NCBI GenBank assembly: GCA_030390025.1
Contig: CM059432.1
Span: 68,574,001-68,638,000 of the forward strand
Direction of reading: 5' to 3'
Length of the DNA stretch: 64,000 bases
Source of the DNA: Squalus acanthias
Taxonomy: Eukaryota
Shown here piece after piece: positions 13,577 to 26,662 of this stretch. Positions within the stretch are counted from its first letter, which is position 1; the number at the start of each line of letters is the position of its first letter. Under the pieces are notes generated by a model. That model did not search any database. It was not told where the DNA came from and worked only from the letters and a program-made list of their open reading frames with translations. Position numbers and translations under genes: made by a program.

Positions 13577-13852
13577 CATAGAAACATAGAATCTAGGAGC
13601 AGGAGTAGGCCATTCGGCCCGTCGAGCCTGCTCCGCCATTCAATACGATCATGGCTGATCATCCAAATCTAGTACCCTGTCCCTGCTTTAATCCCCACAG
13701 TACACATATCCCACCCTACCCCCGTAACCCCACGTATTTAATTCCCCCTAACATATCCCATCCTATCCCCATAACCCCACATATTTAATCCCCCCTAACA
13801 CTAAGGGTCAATTTATCATAGCCAAATCAACCTAACCCACACATTTTTGGAC
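13577..13852 (-). mobile_element. 5'-truncated HE1/V-SINE-like copy
   Basis: Nearly identical to 47640-47913, including the CR1-type tail (CTATGTTT)n. Confidence 0.8.
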
Positions 13853-14959
13853 GCTTAACTACTTCAACACTGTTTATGGAATGCTTATGTCATCCATTTT
13901 TTCCTCCCATGTCCAGTACTTTACACTGGTCCATATTAAATTTCCACCCACTTACATATTTTAGCTAACCCATTTTGTAGTTGTTGCACTACCTCCTCAG
14001 ATTTAACCATCCCTTCTACTTTGGTATTGTCTGTGAATTTGATCAGCTTGCATTGAGCTTCTGAGCCCAGGTTGTTAATGTAGGTTGGAAATAGTTAGAA
14101 TCTCAATTCCACTCCACTCACCATCTCTCCCAAGCTCGATATCACTTCCCGAATACGTACCAGTAGTTTCCTACTCTTCCGCCAATTTCCTGTGCACTGC
14201 TAGATTTTACTTTAACTCCTTGCCACTTTAAGCTAATGCAGCAGCTTGGTGAAAGACTTTTTGGAAATCCAGGTAGGACATGTCCCACTGGAGATGTCAA
14301 TCCCTCAAAAGAAAAATCAAGGAGATTATTTCTTCCCCTTCTGAATCCATGTTGGCTGCTATTTATCAGGTTATTAACATACAGGCAATAATTAAATTTA
14401 CTCTTCTAATCAGTTCTATTATTTTACCAGATACTGATATGAGGCTGACGGGTTGGTTGTTTTTTTGGATCTGATTTCGTTACCCTCTTTGAAAATGGTT
14501 TGCTCTTTATGCAGTTTCCAATCTTGCAGGGCATCCGCAGCATTCATAGTTCTCATTAAGACCTGATGGCTTCTTCACTCCGCATCCCGGGATTTTCCAT
14601 CCATACGTTTTAATGGGAGGAAAATCGCAGGCTGGCAAGCATTGAGATGAAAATCTCAGCCTACAAATCTCATCCTTTTTCTCTCATAGTACCCTAGGAT
14701 AAATACTGGGAGTTTATTTGTTTAAATCTCTGTTAACCTGTCTAGGATCTCCATTTCATTGACATTGAAGACATTAATTCTATTTGGATTATCAGTAATT
14801 GTGGAGGCACGTTGCTCTTGTGTTCCCTACTGAATACTTGAAGAAAGTAAGCACTTAATAGATCATTTTCCATATATTAATTTTAATTCACAGGGGCACC
14901 CAAACAGAAAATCTCCCTTTAGTACTCAAACAACTTAGGTATTCCAATTTATATTCAAT

Positions 14960-15930
14960 TGGTTGATCAGGTATCTACTAAAACTCACAGCTATACAAAG
15001 CCCTAGTTAGGCCACACCTGGAGTACTGTATTCAGTTCTGGGCACCACACATTAGGAAGGATATATTGGCCTTGGAGGAAATACAGTGTAGATTTACCAG
15101 AAGTAACTCCAAGGGTTAAATTATGAGGAGCGATTACACAAGCTAGGGTTTTATTCCCTGGAATTTCGAAAGTTATGGGGTGATTTGATCGAAGTTTTCA
15201 AGGTACAGGAAACTCTCTTTTAACCGGCACCCAAATATCCGGAAATCTCTCTTAACCGGCAAAATTCTTGAGTAGGTAACCGGGGTTTTCCTTCATCTCT
15301 CGTTTAAAATTAACTTTAAAAAAAAAAACCCCGAGGCGTTTGCCTTGTATCGGAGCATGTAGATTGGGAGGGGAATGTGCAGCCCGGGTAGGCAGCGGAC
15401 ACGACAGATGGTCAGCTGGCGGTCCCCGGGGAGACGGAGCTCCGAATGCAGGCGCATGTCAATGTGTACGGGGCTCTTGTACGTTGGGAGATATAACTCT
15501 CCATTATCCGGACTTTTTGATTAACCGGCACCACGCCGGTCCCGTCAGTGCCGGTTAATAAAGAGTTTCCTGTATTAAGGGGAACTTATAGGCTAGATAG
15601 AGAGAAACTATTTCTGCTGGTTGGGGATTCTAGGACTAGGAGGTATAGCCTAAAAATTAGAGCCAGACTTTTCAGGAGTGAAGTTAGGAAACACTTCTAT
15701 ACACAAAGGGTGACAGAAGTTTGGAACACTCTACCGCAAACGGCAGTTGATGCTCGATCAATTATTAATTTTAAATCTGACATTGATAGATTTTTGTTAA
15801 CCAAAGGTATTAAGGGATATGGGGCAAAGGTGGGTATATGCAGTTAGGTCGCAGATCAGCCATGATCTCATTGAATGGCGGAACAGGCTCGAGGGGCTAA
15901 AAGGCCTACTCCTGTTCCTATATTCTTATG
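14960..15930 (+). mobile_element. CR1 3' fragment interrupted by a Tigger-like MITE
   Basis: [13 protein letters not shown] motif; CR1 3' UTR gatcagccatgatctcattgaatggcgg...ggcctactcctgttcct. Confidence 0.8.
15206..15572. mobile_element. Tc1/mariner (Tigger/pogo-like) MITE
   Basis: 25-bp TIRs CAGGAAACTCTCTTTTAACCGGCAC / GTGCCGGTTAATAAAGAGTTTCCTG; TA TSD on both sides; the CR1 frame resumes after excision. Confidence 0.9.
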
Positions 15931-16082
15931 ATACCCTCCATTTAAAATAGCCTTCCTGTTATTATGTATCATTCTTATCCCTGCATGGGTGTCAGGATTG
16001 ACTCATTGGTAGCGCCTGTATCTCTGACCCAGAAGGTTGGGGGTTCAAGTCACACTCGAGACTTAGGCGTAGGCTTCCCAAA

Positions 16083-16450
16083 TCTAATAGAGGTGTACAA
16101 GATTATGACGGGTTTGGATAGGCTAGACAGGGAAAGGCTGTTCCCACTAGTTGATGGTACAAGGACTCGGGACACAGATTTAAGGTTTTGGGCAAGAGAT
16201 ACAGGGGGGATGTGAGGAAAAACTTTTTTACACAGTGAGTGGTGAGGACCTGGAACTCGCTGCCAACGGAAGTGGTGGAAGCGGGAACACTCAATGTTTT
16301 CAAGGGGAGACTGAATAGGCACTTGAGGGAAATAAACTTGCAGGGCTACGGGGATAGAGTGGGAGAATGGGACTGACTGGATTGCTCTACAGAGAGCTGG
16401 CGCAGACTCGATGGGCCGAATGGCCTCCATCTGTGCTGTTATGACTCTAT
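16083..16450 (+). mobile_element. Short 5'-truncated CR1 3' end, same subfamily as 6097-10354
   Basis: Highly similar to 9995-10350, including the 3' UTR and (ATGACTCT) tail. Confidence 0.85.
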
Positions 16451-16689
16451 GACCTCCTGCTTTGGGCAGGAGTCTATTGGAATGGGCAATTGGTCTCTCA
16501 GCTCAGGAGAAACGATCCCTATATGCGTGGTTCACGAAATGCAGTACCCCAGCTGTGTTTCTTGTAAGCAAACCGCACTCTCTGAGCCCCGCTTGTCCTC
16601 CACTATTTGGAGTTCACTGCTTCATTGCTGGATGTGAGGATGACTGCATTAGAGCCAACGAAAATCACCTGGAAACTTCATGACCCTTG

Positions 16690-16818
16690 ACAGAGCAACT
16701 GGGGGAGGGAGAGAAAAACACAAACGGGGGGGGAGAGAGAGAGAGAGAGAAACACAAACTGGGGAGAGAGAGAAATATACAAACTGGGGGAGGGAGAGAG
16801 AGAGAAACACAAACTCAC
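16690..16818. repeat. GA-rich minisatellite, about 5 units of CAAACTGGGG(GA)n-AAACA
   Basis: Unit seen directly, with variable GA length. Confidence 0.75.
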
Positions 16819-17447
16819 ATGAGGCTCTCTGGCAGGCCTGCCATTGTACCTATCATTTCCATGTGCATGCCTATCACCCTTCTTCTGAAGGCCACTCCAT
16901 CGAGGTCATCATCTGAGTACTGTGCAGCAGAACTCGCGCGCTAAGTCCCCCTCCGGGGAGCTGACACCCAAGCTACTCTATCCCTCTGCCTTGCTGCAGC
17001 CCACTCATGCCCGGTGCCACACCTTGTACAGATCCCGCCTCTATACTACCCTCTAAATTCCACACACTGCCATTTTCTGAGCTGGTGTCTGCGAGTGATA
17101 AATGCAGTGATGGTGTGTCTTCTTCTCCTCCATCACTCTCCTCCACAACTTCAGGGATAGGCAGGCCTGCTGGCAGTTCCTGAGTATCTGAAAGCAGAAA
17201 GGCACAAGCGTCAGGTTGTGGTGAGGGGAAGGGGGGAAAGCAAGATGTCCATGCATACACCATCAGCAGCTTGTAAGTGAGAAGAGATTGTGGGATGAGG
17301 GGGAAGTGGGATGTGAGAAGTAGGATTAGGTATGACCATATCGTCATTATCAGGAACAGCTTCAACTTCTCCCAGGCCACGGCCTCGGTCACTGCCCCTC
17401 CAGTTATGTCAAGGACAGATTCCTCCAGGTCGCTGAGGTTCTGTATA

Positions 17448-19492
17448 ACATAGAAAAATAGCAAAAACATAGAAAAATAGGAGCAGGAGTAGGCCATTCA
17501 GCCCTTCGAGCCTGCTCCACCATTCAATATGATCATGGCTGATCCTCTATCTCAATACCATATTCCCGCTCTCTCCCCATACCCCTTGACGCCTTTTGCA
17601 TCTTGAAATCTATCTATCTCCTTCTTAAATATATTCAGTGACTTGGCCTCCACAGCCTTCTGTGGTAGAGAATTCCACAGGTTCACCACCCTCTGAATGA
17701 AGAAATTTCTCCTCATCTCAGTCCTAAACGTCCAACCCTGTATCCTGAGACTGTGACCCCTCGTTCTAGACCCCCCAGCCAGGGTAAACATCCTCCCTGC
17801 ATCCAGTCTGTCTAGCCCTGTCAGAATTTTATACGTTTCAATGAGATCCCCTCTCATTCTTCTAAACTCTAGTGAATACAGGCCTAGTCGACCCAATCTC
17901 TCCTCATATGACAGTCCTGCCATCCCAGAAATCAGTCTGGTGAACCTTTGCTGCACTCCATTTATGACAAGTATATCCTTTCTTAGGTAAGGAGACCAAA
18001 ACTGCACACAGTACTCCAGGTGTGGTCTCACCAAGGCCCTGTATAACTGTAGTAAGACGTCCTTGCTCCTGTACTCAAATCCTCTTGCAATGAAGGCCAA
18101 CATACCATTTGCCTTCCTAACTGCTTGCTGCACCTGCATGTTTGCTTTTAGTGACTGGTGTACAAGGACACCCAGGTCCCTTTGTACATCAGCATTTCCC
18201 AACCTATCACCATTTAAATAATACTCTACCTTTCTGTTTTTTTACCGAAGTGGATAACATCACATTTATCCAAGTTATACTGCATCTGCCATCTATTTAC
18301 CCACTCATTCAACTTGTCTAAATCGCCTTGAAGCCTCTTTGCATCCTCCTCACAACTCACAATCCCACCTAGTTTCGTGTCGTCAGCAAACTTGGAAATA
18401 TTACATTTGGTTCCCTCATCCAAATCATTGACATATATTGTGAATAGCTGGGGCCCAAGCACTGATCCCTGCGGTACCCCACTAGTCACCGCCTGCCACC
18501 CCGAAAAAGACCCGTTTATTCCTACTCTCTGTATCCTGTCTGTTAACCAATTTTCAATCCATGCCAGTATATTTCCCCCAATCTCATGTGCTTTAATTTT
18601 GCACACGAACCTCTTATGTGGGACTTTATCAAAGGCCTTCTGAAAATCCAAATACACCACATCCACTGGTTCTCCCTTATCTATTCTACCAGTTACATCC
18701 TCAAAAAACTCCAGTAGGTTTGTCAAACACGATTTCCCTTTCATAAATCCATGTTGACTTAGAAAATATCAACGGGATTAGACAAAGTGTCCTGTTATCA
18801 TATCCTTTATAATAGACTCTAGCATTTTCCCCACTACTGATGTTAGGCTAACTGATGTAGTTCCCTGTTTTCTCTCTCCCTCCTTTTTTAAATAGTGGGG
18901 TTACATTTGCCACCCTCCAATCTGCAGGAACTGTTCCATAATCTATAGAATTTTGGAAGATGATAACCAATGCATCCACTATTTCCATGGCTACCTCTTT
19001 TAGTACTCTGGGATGCAGATTATCAGGCCCTGGGGATTTATCAGCTTTCAGTCCCATTAATTTCTCCAGCACTTTTTTTACTAATACTAATTTCCTTTAA
19101 TTCCTCCTTCTCACTAGACATTTGGGGGGGAAAATTCAGTTGGTTGCGCCTCCCGTTAGCGCCTTAAGAGGGCGATAATGGGGCGCAAAGAGTCTAGCGC
19201 CCGGGCGCGGCGATGTTTGCGCCGCTCGCGAAATTAACTAGACATTTTGCGGTGGCGCTAAACACTACCGCCACGATCTCCTGCGCCGGCAGATCGTGAC
19301 ATCAGTCGAGTGCACAACGCCCCGGTATCGCCCCGGAGCGGATATTGAGTGGCGCCCCCTGCCTTACCGCCTGCCACTAGCAACGACAGGTTGAGGGGAG
19401 CGTTTTGCAGTCAGGAAGGGACTGGGGGAGCGCTATTTAAAGGTGACCGCTTCCTGCATTTTATTGTTGGTGACATTTTAGAACCACACATT

Positions 19493-19534
<42 letters not shown>

Positions 19535-22500
19535 CTTCTGGAGAGATTCAACGCTGTGTGAAGGAGTTTTGGGTACTGAGCAGCACTTTGCAGGTTCATT
19601 TTGATTTGCCCTTCCTTGTAACGATTTAGAAGAGACTGTGGGGGCTGCACTCTGAGCTCTTTCCCTGGTACTCTTCATTGTTTTTTCCAGCAGATTTGAT
19701 GTGCAGGGGTCTCCAGGCCAAGATTCAAGGCTGCAATGAGCAGGATGTGGATGGAAAGCAAGATCAACCCTCCCCTTTAAGAACTGGCCCGCGCCATTGT
19801 GTCTGTGTTCCATTGCTGACTGACATCACATGAGCTTCGTCAGTGCTCTGAGGTAGCGCCTCGCTCCTCGTCCTTTGCGCCTTAAGACAGGTGTGAAGCG
19901 CCTGATTTAGCGCTCCAATCACCTCCCAGGGGCGATAAAAGTCAAGTTTGCAGTCGGTGCCGATAATTAACGCCAGGCGCTAATCTTGGCGCCCGGACGA
20001 TAATTGCGCCCCAAATGGGGCGATACTGAATTTCTCCCCCTTGGTTCCTTAGCATTTCTGGGAAGTTATTTGTGTCCTCTACCGTGAAAACCGAGCCAAT
20101 GTATTTGTTTAATTGCTCTGCCATTTCCTTGTTCCGCAGTATAAATTCTCACTAATCTTTTTCTTTTTGCATACTTGTAGAAGCTTTTACAGTCTGCTTT
20201 TATGTTCCTTGCAAGTTTACTCTCATACTCTATTTTTCCCCTCTTAATCAATCTCTTGGTCCTTTTTTGCTGAATTCTAAACTGCTCCCAATCCTCAGGC
20301 TTGCTACTTTTTCTGGCAACTTTATATGACTCCTTTGGATCTAATACTATCCTTAATTTCTTTTGTTTTTGCACCAGAAAGGAATGTATAATTGTTGCAA
20401 TTCATGCATTCGTTCCTTAAATGTTAGCCATTGCCTATCCACCGTCATGCCTTTTAATGAAGCTCCCCAATCTATCATATCCAACTCACTCCTCATACCT
20501 TCGTAGTTTCCTTTGTTTAGATTTAGGACCCTAGTTTCGGATTGGACTACTTCACTTTCCATCTTAATGAAGAATTCTATCATGTTATGGTCACTCTTCC
20601 CTAAACGACCCCGCACAACAAGATTATTAATTAACCCCTACTCATTGCACAATACCCAATCTAGGATAGCCTGTTCCCTAGTTGGCTCCTCAACGTACTG
20701 GTCTAAAAAACCATCTCGTACACACTCCAGGAATTCATCCTCCACAGTATTATTGCTAATTTGGTTTGGCCAGTCTATATGTAGATTAAAGTCACCCATG
20801 ATTACTGTAGTACCCTTGTTACATGCATCTCTAATTTCCTGTTTGATGCCATCCCCTACATTACCACTACTGTTTGGAGGCCTATAGACAACTCTCACCA
20901 ATGTTTTCTGCCCCTTGGTGCTTCTTAGCTCCACCCAGACTGATTCTACATCTTGATTTTCTGAGCCAATATCCTTTCTCACTATTGCTCTGATTTCTTC
21001 CTTTACTAACAACGCCACCCCACCTCCTTTTCCTTTTTGCCTGTCCTTCCTAAATATCGAATATCCTTGGATATTCAGCTCCCAGCCTTGGTCACCCTGC
21101 AGCCATGTCTCCGTAATCGCAATTATATCACATCCGTTTTCATCTATTTGAGCTGTTAATTCGTCTACCTTATTACGAATGCTTCATGCATTCAGATACA
21201 GTGCCTTTAAATTTGTCTTTTTAACATTTTTAGACATCTTAACATTTTTTTGTACTATGGCCCTATTTGTCTTACCATTTTTTCTTACCTGGATCCTATT
21301 TGTTAGTGCACTCTTTTGTTTGTACGCTCTGTCCCTTCCTGATACAATCTGGTTATCCTTACCCCAGTCACTTTCCTGCACTGCTTCCTTATCTTTTCTC
21401 TTTAGCATTCTAGATTTCTCTCTAGCGGGTTCAGGTGTAGTCCGTCCCAACGGAACAGCGCTCTCTTTCCCCAGTACTGGTGCCTGTGCCCCACGAATCG
21501 AAATCCACTTCTCCCACACCAATCTTTGAGCCATGCATTCATCTCCCTGATTCTATTGACCCTGTGCCAATTTGCTCGTGGCTCAGGTAATAATCCAGAG
21601 ATTATGACCTTTGTGCTTCTGCTTTTTAATTTAGTCCCTAGCTGCTCAAACTCTCAGCAGAACCTCTTTCTTAGTCCTACCTATGTCGTTGGTACCTACG
21701 TGGACCACAACAACTGGATCCTCCCCCTCCCACTCCAAGTTCTTCTCCAGCCCGGAGGAGATGTCCTTTACCCTGGCACCAGGTAGGCAACATAACCTTC
21801 GGGACTCACGCTCCTGGCTGCACAGAACAGTGTCTATCCCCCTAACTATACTGTCGCCTACTACAACCACCTTCCTTTTTACTCCCCCCACTTGAACGGC
21901 TTCCTGTACCACAGTACCGTGGTCAGTTTGCTCGTCCCACCGCAGTCCCCACACTCGTCCACAAGGGTTGCAAGGACCTCGAATCTATTGGACAAGTGCA
22001 GGGACTGAGGCTCCTGCAATACTACCTACTAGATCCCCGTACCTGCCTCACTCGCAGTCACACCCTCCTGTCCCTGACCACGTGTCAATTCTAAAGTATT
22101 TAATCTAAGGGGTGTGGCTGCCTCCTGGAGCAAAAGGTCCAGGTAACTTTCTTCCTCCCTGATGTCTCGCAATGTCTGCAGTTCGGATTCCAGCTCCTCA
22201 ACTCGGAGCCAAAGTTCTTCAAGCCGCAGACACTTACTGCAAATGTAGTCGCCCTGGACAAAAATGTCCACAAGCTCCCACATATTGCAGCAGCAACACA
22301 TCTCCTGTTCTCCCATTATTTTATTTATTTATTTAATTCATTAGTTTAGTGTTAGTCAAATTATTTACCTTGTTCAGTTTATTAAATTAATTAAATTAAG
22401 TTTAGTTTTCAAAATTTAGTTATATGCTATATGTTAACTTAAAACTTAGCCCACAGTCACTACCACTCACTTACCTGCCTTACCTGTGATGTCACACTGT

Positions 22501-22823
22501 AGTTTTCTCTTGTAGTTGCAGGTCTGCTGCTGCTTTTATCCCCGCTCTCGGGCCTCAGTCTGCTCCCACTTTGGTCCGCCGCCGCTCTGCGGGAGAAGTT
22601 AGGAAAAGCAAGGCAAAGCAGCACCTCCTTCCCCCACTTCACCGAACTCCCACACTTGCCAAACTCCCAAGTTGTTCACGCTGCACTCTGTGACAAACTG
22701 CACTCCAACCTCCCTTGTTTATACTGCTGAGATTTATGAGTCAGCTCTCTGGCAGTTGCAGAGCCAGATTAGACCAGTTAATTAACTAACTAGCCCCACC
22801 CACTCTCCAGTACAGAGCTTGCT
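17448..22823 (-). mobile_element. Near-full-length CR1 LINE, a different family from 6097
   Basis: ORF1 MGEQEMCCCCNMWEL...CSKC, GDSIVRG, VHVGTND; ORF2 APE (YRPPNS, GDFN) and RT (QGSVLGP, FADDTK); 3' tail (CTATGTTT); carries a MITE at 19125. Confidence 0.92.
19125..20040. mobile_element. Harbinger-type non-autonomous element, CpG-rich, containing a (GA)n tract
   Basis: TIRs GGGGGGAAAATTCAGT / ACTGAATTTCTCCCCC; TTG TSD; CR1 ORF2 continuous across it. Confidence 0.85.
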
Positions 22824-23709
22824 TAGACCTGCTTTTCTGCCTCCCGTCTGCCACTGTGCCCTCCTGTTCTGTGCCACCTTTGCCTGCAAGAGAAAGGGAA
22901 GTGTGTCAGTGAGTGTAGCGCAATGTGTTTGGGTGATGCCATAGTTGAATAGCTGTCAGTGTGTGTAAGGTGTGCGAAGTGGTTGTGAGTGTTGCAGCAG
23001 TGATAAGGTTGTGAGGGTGAAGTGAAGCCATGATTGTGAGGTCTGAGTGGTGATAGCTAGAGATTGTTGGTAGGTGAGTGCTGGGGGTGTGGTGCATTGA
23101 GCAGTGTGTGAGGCTTGTGGTGCAGATGGTGGGATATGGCATTTACTGAAGCCTTCACTCCCCTTGACCTGCCATGTGAGTGGTGAGGTCATTAAACTTT
23201 TTTCGGCACTGGATCCATGTCCTTGGGACCACACTGGTGACCGTGACGGAGTTAGCTATCTCCTCCCAGAGCCTTCTGCAAGTGGCCTAGGATGGCCTCC
23301 TGCCACCCTGCAGGAACAGGACAGCCCGCCTTCATTGTACGGCCACAACCATTGCAGCATCCGAGAACCTTCGGACTCGCTCCCTTGGTTGCTCAGCCAT
23401 GTCTTCATCCAGACTGAGGTGCTGCTGCAACAAAGCACCTCCCCTTTAAGTAGTGCAGAGAACCTTGGCCAACCATTACTGGCCATTAGACTGCACCCGA
23501 TTTCCCTCCCCCCCCCCCCCCCCCCCCCCCCAGGTTGAGCCCTAAGCCAAACAGCAGCGCATTTAGCACTGAGATCAGCGCTCCAATCATTATAATGAGC
23601 AGGCAGCACGAATTTTGTGTGCTGGCCGGACCACTTTGAACGGGCGCAGGCAAATAGCTCTGGCCCATGACGCCGCCCGTTTTTGGGACTGATCCAATTT
23701 CTAGGCCCC

Positions 23710-24100
23710 TGAGTTCAAATACTACTCCAGAACATGTGCATGCAATCTAACAGAATTTGAAAAAATAATCTAAGATGTGGTAGTGAGAGAGTGCTTCTTG
23801 ATCAGTGGTGCTGTCCTTTAAATGAGACATTAAGCCAAGATCCTGCCTGGCTGTTCAGGTGCCTGTTAAAGATTCCTTGGCACTCTCCGAAGAAGAGCTG
23901 AAAGAAAGAACTCCCAGTGTTATAGCCAACATTCTTGGCTCAAAAAATAAACTAGATTAACTAGTCATTCATCTCATTGTTGTCTGTAAAATCTAGTTGT
24001 GCTCAAATTAGTTGACATGTTTGTCACTACATTTCAAAAATGAATTTGCGTGAAGTGTTTAAGAAATGAGAAAAAGCATGCGAATTCAAGTTTTTTTTCT
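23710..24100 (+). mobile_element. Decayed Deu-domain SINE
   Basis: gtgctgtcctttaaatgagacattaagccaag resembles the Deu core. Confidence 0.55.
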
Positions 24101-25523
24101 TAGTGTTATAGCCCTATTTCCCATTCACACTCCCCGAGCTCTTTAAGCACAGCTTTCCGATGGGCGCACAGGATTGGTGAACTTGCCCTTATAGTCCCTG
24201 AACACTCTATAGGAAAAGTTCACTGATCCCACGCTATCAGTCAGGAGGTAAACCCGAAGGAAGTGTGGATTCAAGAATTGGTGCAACAGTATATTCTACC
24301 CGCACTTCCTTCGAGTATTACTCTCGCTGGCAACAGAGAATCAGAATTTACCCTTTATGTTCCTGTAAGTTTAATTCATAAGGTAACATTATTATGATTA
24401 AGTGCAAGGTACTGAAAACAATCACCTCAAGCCTATCAATAACCGCAAAGTTCTGCAGTCAATTCAGTGTTTGAAATCCAACATCTACATGCAAAAATAT
24501 TTAATGAACTCACTTTATAACATAATACATTGTGTTGAGATTATAGCTAGGTGACCAAGCCCTACCACATGGAATTTAAACAAAAAAAACTTCTATGTTC
24601 CATAAATTCAATCATCACATGTGGATTTGTACTGGCATAAATTCAATGGATGGGGACGGGAAATCAAGTGGGGAAACTGCTATGCTGGCTGCTCATGAAA
24701 CTTCCCCACCCCACCCCACCCCACCCCACCCCACCCCACTCCATCACTTGGGTTTTCTGTCAGAATATACAACAATGTAGAATATGGCTGCCCTAATGTG
24801 GGTGTATTTCTCGTCATTTATACCATAGCAATACATACCGCCCAAGATTGCTATGGGGGCAGAGGGGCCTTAAAAAAATTTAAATGGCTGCCTTATCCTA
24901 TGCAATTTTTCATAGGATGATCAAATGCATTGGTGGTATCCAGCACAATTTAAAGAAATAAATGTATCATGGAGTAAGCCCGTTACACTATTGCAAGTGT
25001 CCAAGGCCTACCGCGGCATTTCCTTTCTCCCAAGGCAGGATTTTCAATGGAGGTCTTTGGCAATATTTAAGTTACTTTTTTTGACCCCAAAACTCTGCCA
25101 GGGTAAGGGATATCCAGAACTCCCACCCCCAGCGAAGTAGCAGCAGGATTTCACCAAAATAGAAAATCCCACCCAAAGTACATGTAACATATGCTTTCAT
25201 GCAGCAGACACTTTACAAAAAAGCAGAGAGTGTGTATCTTTTCAATCATCACAGCTTTGCCTGGACCTTGTTATGCTGATGAGCCTAGGCTTATAACTAC
25301 GCATGTACTCTCTCATCGTAATGCATTATATAATGGTATAATGCACAGTGGTAGCAGGCTTTACAGCCACAAGACTTATAAAGATGACCAAAGCACTATA
25401 ATTTATGGGGACTCTAACACAACATTTTGTATATAACCGCATTGGTTTGAGGAAACATGCAAAAACATACACAAGAAATTTTATATGGTCCATCTACTGA
25501 AATTGAAGGAAAAACACCATGTA

Positions 25524-25808
25524 CAGTAAACTCTTGTTTAAACGGCATTTTATCATCCGGAATACTTTAATAACCGGCAAAATAGAGTTATCTCAATATA
25601 AAACAATGCCTCAATAACCGGTAATCTTGCCGAATCCATCCAGCACTCGTTTTGCCGAGTCCGAGTCTCCCGCGGTGGCCGAGTTAGTCAGTGGCGATGG
25701 TGAGTGGAAAAGCAGCACCGTGGTAGGTATACCTCGCTGTTATCCAGAATTTTTCATCAACCGGCACCATCCTGGTCCCATAGGTGCCGGATAAGAAAGA
25801 GTTTACTG
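25524..25808. mobile_element. Tigger/pogo-like MITE
   Basis: TIRs CAGTAAACTCTT...AAGAGTTTACTG; TA TSD; internal TAACCGG motifs as in 15206-15572. Confidence 0.85.
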
Positions 25809-26065
25809 TATTATATTAGAGGATTATTGCGAGGAGCAAACACACACTAACAGTAGAAGATCAAATCTGCTTATATTTGAGTCTTTTAAGTCCCAATTTT
25901 TCTCCTGACTTAATCATCACACATATAGCCATAATCCTTACGCAAAAATAGCAGCCATCAGGATTTTACCTTATATGACTGAGAATGTTAATTTTCCCTC
26001 TTCACTTCCCACTAAAGGTATTTCCTCTCCATGCATTTTTTTCAGTTCAATGTATTATATTGACT

Positions 26066-26410
26066 AACTACAACAACACCAACTTGTATTTATATAGCCC
26101 CTTTAACATAGTAAAATGTCCCAAGGCGCTTCACAGGAGCATTATCAAACAAAATTTGACACCGAGATAAGGCGGTATTAGGGCAGGTGACCAAAAGCTT
26201 GGTCAAAGAGGTAGGTTTTAAGGAGCGCCTTAAAGGAGGAAAGAGAGGTAGAGAGGTTTAGGGAGGGAATTCCAGAGCTTAGGGCCTCAGCAGCTGAAGG
26301 CACGGCCACCAATGGTAGAGTGATTAACATCAGGGATGTGCAAGAGGCCAGAATGGGAGAGTACAGAGATCTCGGAGGGTTGTAGGGCTGGAGGGGGTTA
26401 CAGAGATAGA
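26066..26410 (-). mobile_element. L2 LINE 3' fragment
   Basis: Tail acaacaacaccaacttgtatttatatagc, shared with the SINE tails, and gagggaattccagagcttagggcc. Confidence 0.65.
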
Positions 26411-26662
26411 CTAAGATCCATGCCTTCCTTGATTCGAGGCAGAGTAATACAGTAGTGTTGTGTTAATTCAATAAGATTAGCATCCAGCAAATTTTGTCAA
26501 GCTTATTTATGAAATTAACTGTGTAGTTCTAATTTGTGATTTTTTTTTTTGTTTTTATCTAAAACATTGTCTTTGACTTTCATGCTCTTTTCTGGAATGT
26601 TCATAAAACAGTTTCCCTGAGATAACCAATGCCTTCCTTCACTTGTGATTTTGCTTATACAG

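Larger units (their letters stand above)
16820..23708 (-). mobile_element. Partial Harbinger element (Myb/SANT gene remnant) split by a CR1
   Basis: 16820-17447 and 22824-23400 are homologous to the Myb gene at 29176-31070 (DTQELPA...EESDGGEEDTPSL, WIQCRKKFND-like); terminal AATTTCTAGGCCC at ~23696-23708; other end lost. Confidence 0.75.

Noticed and set aside
23508..23531. Poly-C run, and (CCCCA)n at ~24705-24740
   Set aside because: Simple repeats inside TE remnants with no sign of function.
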